Assembly: GCA_041661765.1 (NCBI GenBank) | Contig: JBAZTV010000001.1 | Span: 71,755 to 135,754, forward strand | Direction of reading: 5' to 3' | Source of the DNA: Candidatus Shapirobacteria bacterium | GTDB taxonomy: Bacteria > Patescibacteriota > Microgenomatia > UBA12405 | Length of the DNA: 64,000 nt | In this document: one piece after another, positions 55,153 to 64,000 of the stretch | How the letters are laid out: each line of letters starts with the position of its first letter | How positions within the stretch are numbered: the first letter of the stretch is position 1 | The notes under the pieces: model-generated | What the model was told of the DNA's origin: nothing | The model's input: only the letters and a program-made list of their open reading frames with translations | Databases searched by the model: none | Translations under genes and position numbers: made by a program

Positions 55153-55893
55153 ATGTCAAAATCAAAAGCCATTATTATTGCCAAAAATCTTTCCAAGATT
55201 TACAAAACTGACGATTTAGAGACCGTCGCTCTCAACAATATTTCCTTCCAAATTAACGAAGGGGAGTTTGTCGCCATCATGGGTCCTTCCGGATCAGGTA
55301 AATCTACTTTAATGCACATCCTTGGTGCTCTCGATAAACCAACCAGTGGTCAATATATTTTGGATGGTAAAAAAGTTGAAAATTTATCAGATGACGAATT
55401 ATCAGAAATCCGTAATAAAAAAATTGGTTTTATTTTTCAAGCATTCAATCTTTTACCTCGAACTACCACTTTAACTAATGTTATGTTACCCATGGCTTAT
55501 GCCGGTGTTCCAAAAGAAGAAAGATTCAAAACTGCCGAAAAATACCTTAAAATGGTCGGTCTTAGTGATCGTTTAAATCACACCTCAAATCAAATTTCTG
55601 GTGGACAGCAACAACGTGTTGCCATTGCTCGATCTTTAGTTTTAAATCCAGCACTGATTTTAGCCGACGAGCCAACCGGTAATATTGCTTCAGCTCAAGC
55701 CGATGAAATTATGTCCATTTTTGAAAAATTAAATGACGAAGGTCACACTATTGTTATGATTACTCACGAACCAGATATTGCCGAACATGCCAAAAGAATT
55801 ATTTTTATTAAAGACGGGAAAATTATCAAAGATAGTACTAATCATCAACGTCGAAGAGCCGCTATCGAAAAGGAGGTATTAAAAAATGATTGA
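55153..55893 (+). CDS. ABC transporter ATP-binding protein (MacB/LolD-like)
   Basis: Walker [10 protein letters not shown], signature [14 protein letters not shown], Walker [10 protein letters not shown]-loop. Confidence 0.9.
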   Translation: MSKSKAIIIAKNLSKIYKTDDLETVALNNISFQINEGEFVAIMGPSGSGKSTLMHILGALDKPTSGQYILDGKKVENLSDDELSEIRNKKIGFIFQAFNLLPRTTTLTNVMLPMAYAGVPKEERFKTAEKYLKMVGLSDRLNHTSNQISGGQQQRVAIARSLVLNPALILADEPTGNIASAQADEIMSIFEKLNDEGHTIVMITHEPDIAEHAKRIIFIKDGKIIKDSTNHQRRRAAIEKEVLKND

Positions 55894-57109
55894 ATTATGG
55901 GAATTAGTTAAAGAAAGTATTAATACTCTTCGACTCAATAAAATGAGAACTAGTTTAGCTGTTTTGGGAATTATTATTGGCATCGGTAGCGTCATCGCTC
56001 TTATCTCTATTGGTCAATCAAGCCAAAAATCTATTACTTCCAGAATTCAAGCCCTGGGTACCAACCTTTTAACTGTTTCCCCCGGATCACAAAGTTCTGG
56101 TATGGTCCGAACTTCTACTGTCAGAAAAACATTAACTCTTGCCGACGCCGACGCTCTCAAAGCCGCTAAACTCACTGCTGTGAGTGCAGTTTCTCCAGAA
56201 TATTCCAGTCGTCTCCAAGTTATTGCCGGAAATAATAATACTAACACCACTATTTACGGAGCCACTTCTGCCTATTCCGGTATTCACAATATCACCATTG
56301 CTTCAGGTCGATTTATTACCGTCAGTGATTATAATTCTCGCAGTCATGTCGCCGTTTTAGGCCCCACTGTTGTTACTGATCTTTTTGGCAGTTCCAGTTA
56401 TAACCCAGTTGGTGAAATTATCCGTATCAATGGGTTAAATTTCACTATTATTGGCGTCACCGTTGCTAAGGGCTCATCTGGTATGTCTGATTCAGACGAT
56501 GCCATTTATGTTCCTCTTTCTACTGCCATGAAACAACTTTTTGGTGTCACTTATTTATCATCCATTGCTGTCGAAGCAGTCAGTAGTGACGTTATGATTC
56601 AAGCCCAAAATCAAATCGGTTATTTTTTATTAGCTCGTCACAAAATTACAGACACCACCAAAGCTGATTTTTCCATTCGCTCGCAAGAAGAAATTTTATC
56701 CACTGCTTCTAGCATCACTGGTACCTTCACTTCACTTCTTTCCGGTGTGGCTGCCATTTCTCTAATTGTTGGTGGCATAGGTATAATGAATATTATGTTA
56801 GTCACTGTCACCGAAAGAACCCGAGAAATTGGATTAAGAAAAGCTCTTGGCGCTAAAAAGAAAACTATCATCGCTCAGTTTTTAACTGAATCAATTATTC
56901 TCACTTTTACTGGTGGAATTTTAGGGGTAATTTTAGGCATCTTAAGTTCTTATTTTTATTCTCGTATCAATTCATCAATTTTTACTATTTCTCCGTATTC
57001 TGTTCTATTAGCTTTCAGTGTTTCGGTGGTAATTGGTATTATCTTCGGTTGGTATCCCGCAAAAAAAGCCGCCAGCCTCCAACCAATTGAAGCTCTTCGA
57101 TACGAGTAA
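55886..57109 (+). CDS. ABC transporter permease, FtsX/MacB type with a periplasmic domain
   Basis: N-terminal TM, a periplasmic domain of about 220 aa, and three C-terminal TM helices with an FtsX-like motif (RTREIGLRKALGA). Confidence 0.8.
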   Translation: MIELWELVKESINTLRLNKMRTSLAVLGIIIGIGSVIALISIGQSSQKSITSRIQALGTNLLTVSPGSQSSGMVRTSTVRKTLTLADADALKAAKLTAVSAVSPEYSSRLQVIAGNNNTNTTIYGATSAYSGIHNITIASGRFITVSDYNSRSHVAVLGPTVVTDLFGSSSYNPVGEIIRINGLNFTIIGVTVAKGSSGMSDSDDAIYVPLSTAMKQLFGVTYLSSIAVEAVSSDVMIQAQNQIGYFLLARHKITDTTKADFSIRSQEEILSTASSITGTFTSLLSGVAAISLIVGGIGIMNIMLVTVTERTREIGLRKALGAKKKTIIAQFLTESIILTFTGGILGVILGILSSYFYSRINSSIFTISPYSVLLAFSVSVVIGIIFGWYPAKKAASLQPIEALRYE

Positions 57110-57180
57110 TTTCAGGTTCACTTCAGTTTAATTTTTTATTATCAATTAATTATTAATTATTAAATCTCCCTTTCTTTAAT

Positions 57181-57657
57181 ATGAAAAACCTAAAACAAAT
57201 GTTTCCCATTTCCACTATTATTATTTCTTTAATTGCTCTCTCCATTGGTTTTACTGGCGGTTTTATTTATCAAAAAAGTAAAACACCATCTTTTGCTCGA
57301 AATGGTCAATTTCAAATGGCTGGCGGTAATAATTCCAACCGGATTGGCAATAAAGGTAGTACTGGTAACCAAATGGTTGGCCAAGGTCAAAGATCTTTTG
57401 CTAAAGAAACTATCGGTGAAATTACCAGTGTTGATTCCTCATCTATTACTGTCAAAACTAACGATGGCAGTTCTAAAATTATTATGATTTCTGATTCCAC
57501 CACTGTTAATCAAGCAACTAAAGTTGATAAAAACAGTCTTAAAGTTGGTTCCCAAATTTCAATTTCTGGTGATCAAAACACTGATGGTACTGTCACTGGC
57601 AAAATCATTAATATTAATTCTGCCACTACTACTATCACTCCTGTGACTAAAAATTAA
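57181..57657 (+). CDS. Secreted hypothetical protein (DUF5666-like beta-domain)
   Basis: Signal/TM segment. GEITSVDSSSITVKTNDGSSKII...GDQNTDGTVTGKIININ. Confidence 0.4.
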   Translation: MKNLKQMFPISTIIISLIALSIGFTGGFIYQKSKTPSFARNGQFQMAGGNNSNRIGNKGSTGNQMVGQGQRSFAKETIGEITSVDSSSITVKTNDGSSKIIMISDSTTVNQATKVDKNSLKVGSQISISGDQNTDGTVTGKIININSATTTITPVTKN

Positions 57658-57674
57658 ATATTTATTAATTTTTA

Positions 57675-57700
57675 ATTAATTTAAAACCCTCCAAATTTCG
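57675..57700 (+). repeat. Half-element / terminator hairpin (AAAACCCTCC-aaatttc-GGAGGGTTTT)
   Basis: Perfect 6-bp stem CCCTCC/GGAGGG (6-nt loop aaattt plus one unpaired C) flanked by A4 and T4. Same second-hairpin motif as copy 9. Probable bidirectional terminator. Confidence 0.6.
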
Positions 57701-57750
57701 GAGGGTTTTAACTCAGCCGTTAATTTGGTAAGATTAAAAACTGTTTTTAT

Positions 57751-59169
57751 ATGATTAATAAAGCCAAAAATATTATTAAAATGCCCATTTTTAGGGCACT
57801 TTTTACTCTAGCTATTCCAATTATCATGGCCAATCTTTTTCAGGCCATGTATCAAATGACCGATTCTTTTTGGGTTGGTCGTCTTGGAGGCACTGCTCTT
57901 GCTGCTGTTTCCATTTGCACTCCAATTATTTTTCTTACAGTTTCCATTGGAATTGGTTTTGCTATGGCCGGATCCACTTTTGTTGCTCAATATTTTGGAG
58001 CCAAAAATAATAAAATGGTCAGTCATGCTGCTGCCCAAACTATTTTAATGATCCTTTGTACCTCTTTTGTTTTTAGTGTTTTAGGTTTTATCTTTGCTCC
58101 GCAGATTCTTCATTTTATTGGTGCTAATTCTGAAATTTTTGGCATGGCATTAGCTTTTTTAAGAATCTCTTTTATTGGTCTTATTTTTAATTTTTCTTTT
58201 TTTATTTTTCAAGCCATCATGAGAGGAATTGGTCGTCCCCAAATTCCCGTCTATATCGTCATTGCCACTGTTTTACTAAATTTTATTCTTGATCCAATTT
58301 TAATTTTTGGATTCGGTTCAATCCCGTCTTTTGGCCCTGCTGGTGCTGCTATCGCCACTCTTTTAACCCAAACCATTGCTGCCGCCTCAGGTTTTATTAT
58401 TCTTTTTGGTGGGCGACATGGCATTCATTTAAAAATCAGTGATTTTAAGCCAGATTTTAAATTTATTAAAAAAGCTTTTAAAATTGGTTTACCTTCATCA
58501 ATTGAACAATCATCCCGTAATTTAGTTATGGTTTTTATGACATCTCTTATTGCTGGTTTTGGTACCACTGCTGTTGCCTCTTACGGAGCTGGTTCAAACA
58601 TTATTCAAGTGGCCATTTTTATTGCCATCGGACTATCTGTTGCCAATGGAACTTTGGTTGGTCAAAACATTGGAGCTAAAAACATTAATCAAGCCATCAA
58701 AGCCTCCAAAATCAGTGCTTTTGTTGCTTTTACTTGTTTATCATTTTTAGGAATCATTATTTTTATTTTTTCCCGACAGTTTGTTTCTTTTTTTGTCCCC
58801 AACGATTTTGCTGTTATCAAAGAAGCTTCTAATTTTATTAAAACCGTTTCTCTTAGTTTTGGTTTAGTTGCACTCCAGATGTGTTTTAGCAGCGTTTTTA
58901 ACGCCGCTGGTCAAACCAAAATCACCATGTTTATTACCATTTTTTCCCAATGGTGCATTCAAATTCCTTTAGCTTACTTTTTATCACAACACACCACTCT
59001 CGGCATTCAAGGCATTTGGTTAACTTTTCCCATTACTAATATTTTTAACAGTATTGTCGCTTTTATCTTCTATTCTCGTGGATCTTGGAAAAAAACCAGA
59101 ATTATTGAAGAAGACAAAACTGTTGGTCAAGTTTCCGAAGAGACCATAGTTGAAGAGGGTATTCATTGA
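57751..59169 (+). CDS. MATE-family multidrug/oligosaccharidyl-lipid efflux transporter
   Basis: 12 TM helices. N-terminal ...PIIMANLFQAMYQMTDSFWVGRLG typical of NorM-like MATE proteins. Confidence 0.8.
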   Translation: MINKAKNIIKMPIFRALFTLAIPIIMANLFQAMYQMTDSFWVGRLGGTALAAVSICTPIIFLTVSIGIGFAMAGSTFVAQYFGAKNNKMVSHAAAQTILMILCTSFVFSVLGFIFAPQILHFIGANSEIFGMALAFLRISFIGLIFNFSFFIFQAIMRGIGRPQIPVYIVIATVLLNFILDPILIFGFGSIPSFGPAGAAIATLLTQTIAAASGFIILFGGRHGIHLKISDFKPDFKFIKKAFKIGLPSSIEQSSRNLVMVFMTSLIAGFGTTAVASYGAGSNIIQVAIFIAIGLSVANGTLVGQNIGAKNINQAIKASKISAFVAFTCLSFLGIIIFIFSRQFVSFFVPNDFAVIKEASNFIKTVSLSFGLVALQMCFSSVFNAAGQTKITMFITIFSQWCIQIPLAYFLSQHTTLGIQGIWLTFPITNIFNSIVAFIFYSRGSWKKTRIIEEDKTVGQVSEETIVEEGIH

Positions 59170-59242
59170 ATAAACTTTACATATACGTAAAATTCGTCTA
59201 ATATTAATTTGTTAGTTATTTTACAAAGGGAGGTGTATTTTA

Positions 59243-59443
59243 ATGAAAAAAAGTCCTTTATATGTTTTTTGTCTCATTCTTATCATCGTCGGTGGACTCA
59301 ATTGGGGTTTAATTGGTCTTTTTAATTATGATCTTGTCGCCATGATTTTTGGAAATATGTCCTTTTTATCTCGACTAGTTTATGACCTCGTCGGTTTATC
59401 AGCGGTTTATATTCTATTTTTTCTTTTTAGCGACAAAAAATAA
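59243..59443 (+). CDS. DUF378-family small membrane protein
   Basis: GGLNWGLIGLFNYDLV motif. 66 aa. Strong ribosome-binding site AAGGGAGG 8 nt upstream. Confidence 0.65.
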   Translation: MKKSPLYVFCLILIIVGGLNWGLIGLFNYDLVAMIFGNMSFLSRLVYDLVGLSAVYILFFLFSDKK

Positions 59444-59450
59444 AAAAAAC

Positions 59451-59492
59451 TCCCCCGGTCCCTCCTTGTCCAAGGAGGGACTTAGGGTTGAT
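59451..59492 (+). repeat. Double-hairpin element copy 11 between convergent genes (DUF378 and patatin)
   Basis: tcccccggtccctccttgtccaaggaggga + cttagggttgatttt. Confidence 0.7.
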
Positions 59493-59493
59493 T

Positions 59494-60258
59494 TTATATT
59501 TCCCTTCTTCTTTCCATTACCGATTTATAACCCAAATCAATTAAATACTGATAATTCTTTTTTCTAAAATCTAAAATAAAAGTTTTATCATCGTCCAAAG
59601 TTAAATAAATTATTTTTTTATTAATATCCCTAGCTTTTTGTAAACTATTACTTCGTTGCAACATCGCAAATGATGAATATAAAATATCAGCACCCAAACT
59701 TTTTTCATTCACTTTTTTAATCGGTCCAGTAATATCTGAAATCAATATTTTATTTGAATTTTTAATTAAAGTAATTGGAATATTATTAGTAACTCCGCCG
59801 TCAACCAAAAATCTATCCTGATATTTAAGTGGGGGAAACACCCCAGGAATTGATATCGAAGCCATTATTCCTGGAAAAATTCTCCCTTTTTCAAAAATTA
59901 CCTCCTGATTATTATTTATATCCGTTGCATTAAATCTGGTTTTAATTTTCAATTCATCAAAATCATTAGCTTTAATATGACTTTTCAAAAATTTTTCCAA
60001 AACTCCATCAGATTTTTTAACTCCTCCCAAGACCATTTCTTGAACTAATTTAAAAAAAACCAACTCACTTGCCACTTTTTCAAAATCAATTTTAGGATCA
60101 GCCGCATACATTAATCCAATCACTGCTCCAATCGATGTCCCGCTGATTTCATTTATTTTCACCCCCATTTCTTGAAGTCCTTTAATCACTCCCATATGAA
60201 AAAACCCCCTCGCTCCGCCACCTCCCAACACCAATCCAATTTTATTTCTATTAAACAT
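59494..60258 (-). CDS. Patatin-like phospholipase
   Basis: Oxyanion-hole GGGGARG, nucleophile GTSIGA (GxSxG), catalytic DGG. Confidence 0.85.
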   Translation of the reverse strand: MFNRNKIGLVLGGGGARGFFHMGVIKGLQEMGVKINEISGTSIGAVIGLMYAADPKIDFEKVASELVFFKLVQEMVLGGVKKSDGVLEKFLKSHIKANDFDELKIKTRFNATDINNNQEVIFEKGRIFPGIMASISIPGVFPPLKYQDRFLVDGGVTNNIPITLIKNSNKILISDITGPIKKVNEKSLGADILYSSFAMLQRSNSLQKARDINKKIIYLTLDDDKTFILDFRKKNYQYLIDLGYKSVMERRREI

Positions 60259-60297
60259 ATCTAATTATAATTTTTTTATTAAAAACTGAATTAATTT

Positions 60298-61401
60298 TTA
60301 ATTTATCCTAAAATCTTGTTGTTCTACTGATATTTTATTAATCTGAGAATCATTTATCGACTGAGCCAAATTATTGACTATTTTATTCAAAGCATCAGTT
60401 TCATTACTAATTTTTTTAAAACGATCAACTTCTCCAATTCTTTGCCAAGAGGGATCATTATAAACCACTGGCTCGTCAAGTGATTTTTTAAATTCTTTAA
60501 TAGTTTTTGTTTTTCCCGTTTTTAAAGCATCTAAAAACAATCTCATGTAAAATTCAGAATCTTCCATACCTTTAATCGAATAAGTCTTGTTTCCAGATTT
60601 CAAAGGTCTTTCTTTACCATCACAAAGAGGATTAAAACCACCAAAATCGATTAAATCCGTTAAAGGAACCAAGCTCAAAGTGTTTCTCATTGCATAGACT
60701 AATTCAAAAAGATTACTATTCATTGGTTCTCTCATCATAACCTTAAACTTTTCCCATAATTTATTTTGATCTAACTCAAAAGGTGGTTTGTCTTCAGAAG
60801 TTTTTCTAACTGTAAATACATATTTTTGTTCATCAGATAGTCTTTTCATTTTTTCAACTTCCTCTTTTTCTATATTTGCATCAAACGACATACTCAACAT
60901 TTTTATGTTTTTCGTATCTATCTGTTTTTCTTTAGCAATTTCATTCATTAAAGCCACTCCCACATTTAATCCAGAAGTCCAAGAATATCCTTTAATCCGC
61001 AATGGTAGCACCGGAACACTATTTTTTCTTTGTTTATTTGCTTCTAATAAACTATTCTCGGTCATATTATCTTTATCCTGATCATAGTTAATTGCCAAAA
61101 TTACCCCTCGCAAACCAGGCAATGATTCTTTAATATCGTCAACTCGATCAAGCATTTCTGCTACTGATTTCTCATCTTTATTCCAACATCTAACCACCGC
61201 AAAAATAACAGGTTCTTTATTTTTACCAGAATTCTCAACTGAATTAATAAAATCTGGAAAAATTCTTTTAGTCGCATCTGAAATTTCAATACTAGGGTAT
61301 TCGCCTGGAAAATCTGTTATTTCTATTTTTTTCTTATATTCTTCAATATTTGGCTGTTTTAGTTCAAACTCTTGATTAGATGAACCTGTTTCTAATGGCA
61401 T
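60298..61401 (-). CDS. Hypothetical protein (possible GT-A-like fold)
   Basis: PVIFAVVRCWNKDEK...VILAINYDQDKD loosely resembles a glycosyltransferase family 2 N-terminus. No firm motif. Confidence 0.3.
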   Translation of the reverse strand: MPLETGSSNQEFELKQPNIEEYKKKIEITDFPGEYPSIEISDATKRIFPDFINSVENSGKNKEPVIFAVVRCWNKDEKSVAEMLDRVDDIKESLPGLRGVILAINYDQDKDNMTENSLLEANKQRKNSVPVLPLRIKGYSWTSGLNVGVALMNEIAKEKQIDTKNIKMLSMSFDANIEKEEVEKMKRLSDEQKYVFTVRKTSEDKPPFELDQNKLWEKFKVMMREPMNSNLFELVYAMRNTLSLVPLTDLIDFGGFNPLCDGKERPLKSGNKTYSIKGMEDSEFYMRLFLDALKTGKTKTIKEFKKSLDEPVVYNDPSWQRIGEVDRFKKISNETDALNKIVNNLAQSINDSQINKISVEQQDFRIN

Positions 61402-61437
61402 AGGTTGTTTATAACATAATAGTATGATTAAGTTCTA

Positions 61438-63678
61438 TCATTTTTCTTTTATTTCAAATTTTCCGTATTTTTCTACAGTTGTGTAATTATCTAAAATATA
61501 ATTATTTATTAATTCCAATTTATCTGCTCCCAGCCCTCCAAAACTCATATCTGAATTGTAAATTATTATTGTTTTTTCATCTTTTTTCAAATCATCAATC
61601 ATCTGCGTCTGATAATCATTAGTAAAGAAACCATAAGGAGTATCAATTTTAGTCGCATTTTTCTTGTCAGCCAAAAAATAAATTTCTGGCATCCAAGGAT
61701 AGGCAAATATTTTTTTATCCGGCGAAGTTTGCGAAATATAATTTATTAAATTATCCATATTCGCTGTTTCAGTTCCTTGATCAACGGCTATTCCAAATCT
61801 TGGACTTTGATAGTTCTTAGAAGTTCCTGGAATTTTTCCATAAGATTGAATTTTTTCCACTTGTCCATACAAAAAATAATCATTAAATCCATCTCGGTTT
61901 AAAATCATGGCAAAAACCAGAAGAGTTATACCAAAAACTATAGATGGCTTCTGGTAAAATTTTTCAACTATTTGGCCAAACAAAATTAAAGCAATAATTA
62001 TCAGCGGCAATAAATGCCACCAGTCTGATCGACCCAAAGCACTTCTAAATAAAACCAAACCAATTAAACTTAGAATTATAAAAATGCCATTCTTTGAATC
62101 TTTTTTTTCTCCTTTAAAATAAAAATAAATTCCTAAAAAAAATGAACCAATAATTACTATTTGGCTAAATTGCCACCACATTTCCATTGAACCCAAAAAA
62201 TCATTAACAGCTCTCCAGTCTAAAAGTGGTAGAAGTTTAGTTCTATCGATTGCCAAATTAAAATAACCGTCAGTAAATGCTTTGGAATAATAAGTTAATT
62301 GAGTAATCATCTCCCACAGTGATTCTTGGTAAAGAAGCACTCCAAATATTGGAATGATTACTATTAATAGTCCACCAAAATAATTTAATAATGGTTTTAT
62401 TATTTTAATATTTTTAGTTATAACCAAAAAGGCACCGATTGATAACAGTGATACTATTCCCACTTCCAAACTAACAAATATTGACAATCCACTGGCTATT
62501 CCCGCCCAAATTAACCACCGATTATTTTTGAACTTTAAATAATTAAATAATGGAATTAATGGTAATAATCCCATCGCCAATCTAATTTCGGCATTATTTT
62601 TAGTTAAACCGCTACTTATTCCCATAATCATAGCCAAGATTATTATCTGGCCTATTTTATTGTTGATAACTTTTTTAATTAGCAAATAAAAAATAAAATA
62701 AGCCACTATCTGCATCAAATGAAAAAAGAGTTTCATATTAGCCACACTCGCTCCGGTTATTAAAACAAAATATTTAAGCAGCCAAGCCAATAATGGTGGG
62801 TGATAGGCTAAAAAATCTTTATACATTACTTCTTTGTTTAAAAGATGCTGTAACCATCCCAACCAAAATCCTTCTTCAACTGGATCTAATGTTGTCCAAT
62901 AATACAAAGGATTAAAAGCTACTAGAGTAATTAGTACAAACGGATACATTTTATAAATTAGTTCAGTTATTTTTTTCTTATTTTTAAATTTAATTAATTC
63001 TGTCAAAACTATCATGACCGCCGTTATTACTAATAAAATTAAAAGCCAGCTAAAATTTCCTGGTCTAAATATAAAAAAACTTAAAATTACATGACTTGGA
63101 TTTGATAAAAAATTAAATGGTAGCAGGTGGTAAATTAAAGGCATTAGTACTAATATAAATAGCGGTAAAATTAGGGAATAATTAAATTTTTGAACCAACT
63201 GCATCATTATTAAACCAACAAAAATGCCATTGATTAATAATCGACTGTCGAATTTTATAGTTTTATTTTTTCTCTTAAATAAAACCATTGTCCAAAAAAT
63301 AATTTGAAACAATACAAAAAAAATCAACATTAAACTACCTGAAAAACCAACAAAATTAGCCTGGGTAAAAAACAAGAGAGAAGCTATAAAATAAAACCAA
63401 TCATAAAAAGGCTGTTTTTTTTGACGTTTTTTTAATAAAAAAATAGTTATACCAAACAATACTGCCATTATTAAAATAAGCAGTCCATATTCAATCATGT
63501 CGATTGATTTTGCCTGGGCCAATTCCAAAGAAAAAGAGGGAATTGTTTGTAGAGAAGATTGAGAAAATATATTTATCGAACCAAATTTACTGATTAAATA
63601 TAAAATTACTTTATCCAAACCCAAGGAGAAAAAAAGTATTCCCAAAAAAAGCCCAATAGTCATCCCAAAGTTTAACAA
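61438..63678 (-). CDS. Large polytopic membrane protein (YfhO/ArnT-like glycosyltransferase-C-fold candidate) with a C-terminal extracytoplasmic domain
   Basis: 746 aa. More than 12 TM helices, then a soluble domain of about 180 aa. Confidence 0.4.
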   Translation of the reverse strand: MLNFGMTIGLFLGILFFSLGLDKVILYLISKFGSINIFSQSSLQTIPSFSLELAQAKSIDMIEYGLLILIMAVLFGITIFLLKKRQKKQPFYDWFYFIASLLFFTQANFVGFSGSLMLIFFVLFQIIFWTMVLFKRKNKTIKFDSRLLINGIFVGLIMMQLVQKFNYSLILPLFILVLMPLIYHLLPFNFLSNPSHVILSFFIFRPGNFSWLLILLVITAVMIVLTELIKFKNKKKITELIYKMYPFVLITLVAFNPLYYWTTLDPVEEGFWLGWLQHLLNKEVMYKDFLAYHPPLLAWLLKYFVLITGASVANMKLFFHLMQIVAYFIFYLLIKKVINNKIGQIIILAMIMGISSGLTKNNAEIRLAMGLLPLIPLFNYLKFKNNRWLIWAGIASGLSIFVSLEVGIVSLLSIGAFLVITKNIKIIKPLLNYFGGLLIVIIPIFGVLLYQESLWEMITQLTYYSKAFTDGYFNLAIDRTKLLPLLDWRAVNDFLGSMEMWWQFSQIVIIGSFFLGIYFYFKGEKKDSKNGIFIILSLIGLVLFRSALGRSDWWHLLPLIIIALILFGQIVEKFYQKPSIVFGITLLVFAMILNRDGFNDYFLYGQVEKIQSYGKIPGTSKNYQSPRFGIAVDQGTETANMDNLINYISQTSPDKKIFAYPWMPEIYFLADKKNATKIDTPYGFFTNDYQTQMIDDLKKDEKTIIIYNSDMSFGGLGADKLELINNYILDNYTTVEKYGKFEIKEK

Positions 63679-63699
63679 ATTATAGTGATAAAGTTAACC

Positions 63700-64000
63700 T
63701 TAACCAAAAAGCTGAATTACTAATCCCGATAAAACACTGACTCCATACAATATAGCCAATACTTTAAAAAATATATTTTTATTTTTTTCTTCTCGATATA
63801 GAATTAACAATCCTAAACCAGCACTAGCCAATAAACCTGCAACTGCTGGTCCTAAGCCTATTATGTTTTTTAAAAATAATTCAGTTATTGCCACTGAAGC
63901 AGCACAATTTGGAATTAATCCTATTGTCGCTGCCAAAAATGGTTGCCAAAATATATTTTTAGTAAAAAAGTCATTTAAAAAAGTTTCACCTAATTGAAAA
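63700..64000 (-). CDS. Membrane protein, partial (N-terminus beyond the window end)
   Basis: The reading frame stays open to position 64000 (…FQLGETFLNDFFTKNIFWQPFLAATIGLIPNCAAS…). The ATG-less start in the ORF track is an alternative-codon artefact. Confidence 0.5.
   Translation of the reverse strand, partial: FQLGETFLNDFFTKNIFWQPFLAATIGLIPNCAASVAITELFLKNIIGLGPAVAGLLASAGLGLLILYREEKNKNIFFKVLAILYGVSVLSGLVIQLFG

Noticed and set aside
54489-55211. ORFs 54489-54686, 54814-55122 (-) and 54966-55211
   Set aside because: Overlap the adaptor gene's T/S-rich low-complexity region in other frames. No support.
111-59492. Possible CRISPR array formed by the recurring CCCT...TCAAGGG repeats
   Set aside because: Copies are kilobases apart, not regularly spaced, variable in sequence and length, and often inside genes. 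There is no repeat-spacer architecture and no cas genes.

Overview
The window is AT-rich (roughly 30-35% GC by eye), with weak Shine-Dalgarno sequences, many small membrane proteins and several giant surface proteins. It also encodes an archaeal-type TyrRS. This gene content is typical of a small-genome, Patescibacteria/CPR-like bacterium; that taxonomic call is inference only. About 65 genes are tightly packed.

Housekeeping content:
- trxB (partial), mutM/fpg, an IscR-IscS fusion with iscU, queH, tyrS, dgkA, Hsp20, rubrerythrin, NUDIX, tRNA-Ser(GGA).
- Two paralogous OmpR/histidine-kinase two-component systems.
- A HlyD-MacB-FtsX efflux system and a MATE exporter.
- A cupredoxin + sugar-dehydrogenase pair, a patatin-like phospholipase, and a radical SAM enzyme.

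Three things stand out.
1. A dispersed family of about eleven ~30-55-nt double-hairpin elements, all in the same orientation, with a stem-1 loop near TGTCAAG and a 3' GGGTTT tail. Six sit in-frame inside conserved genes (trxB twice, fpg, queH, a CAP-domain gene, a nucleotidyltransferase). The rest lie at gene boundaries, where they appear to act as terminators or ribosome-binding-site donors. This resembles Rickettsia palindromic elements.
2. A ~20 kb co-directional minus-strand cluster (14489-34564). In transcription order it encodes an OmpR regulator, a 37-aa membrane peptide, an intramembrane-type histidine kinase, and a protein carrying terpene-cyclase motifs (QxxDGSW, DxDDT, DDxxD). These are followed by a 990-aa beta-helix/FN3 surface protein, a tandemly duplicated 4-gene module, a 1852-aa repeat protein and a CAP-domain protein. 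The module comprises a small anchored secreted protein, two small polytopic membrane proteins and a Cache-like sensor ending in a multi-TM region without an output domain. This is the best candidate for an undescribed envelope sensing or surface-protein system.
3. A radical SAM enzyme preceded by a 13-aa Cys-containing mini-ORF next to tRNA-Ser. Nearby, a 1.6-kb segment is bracketed by ~65-nt direct repeats.
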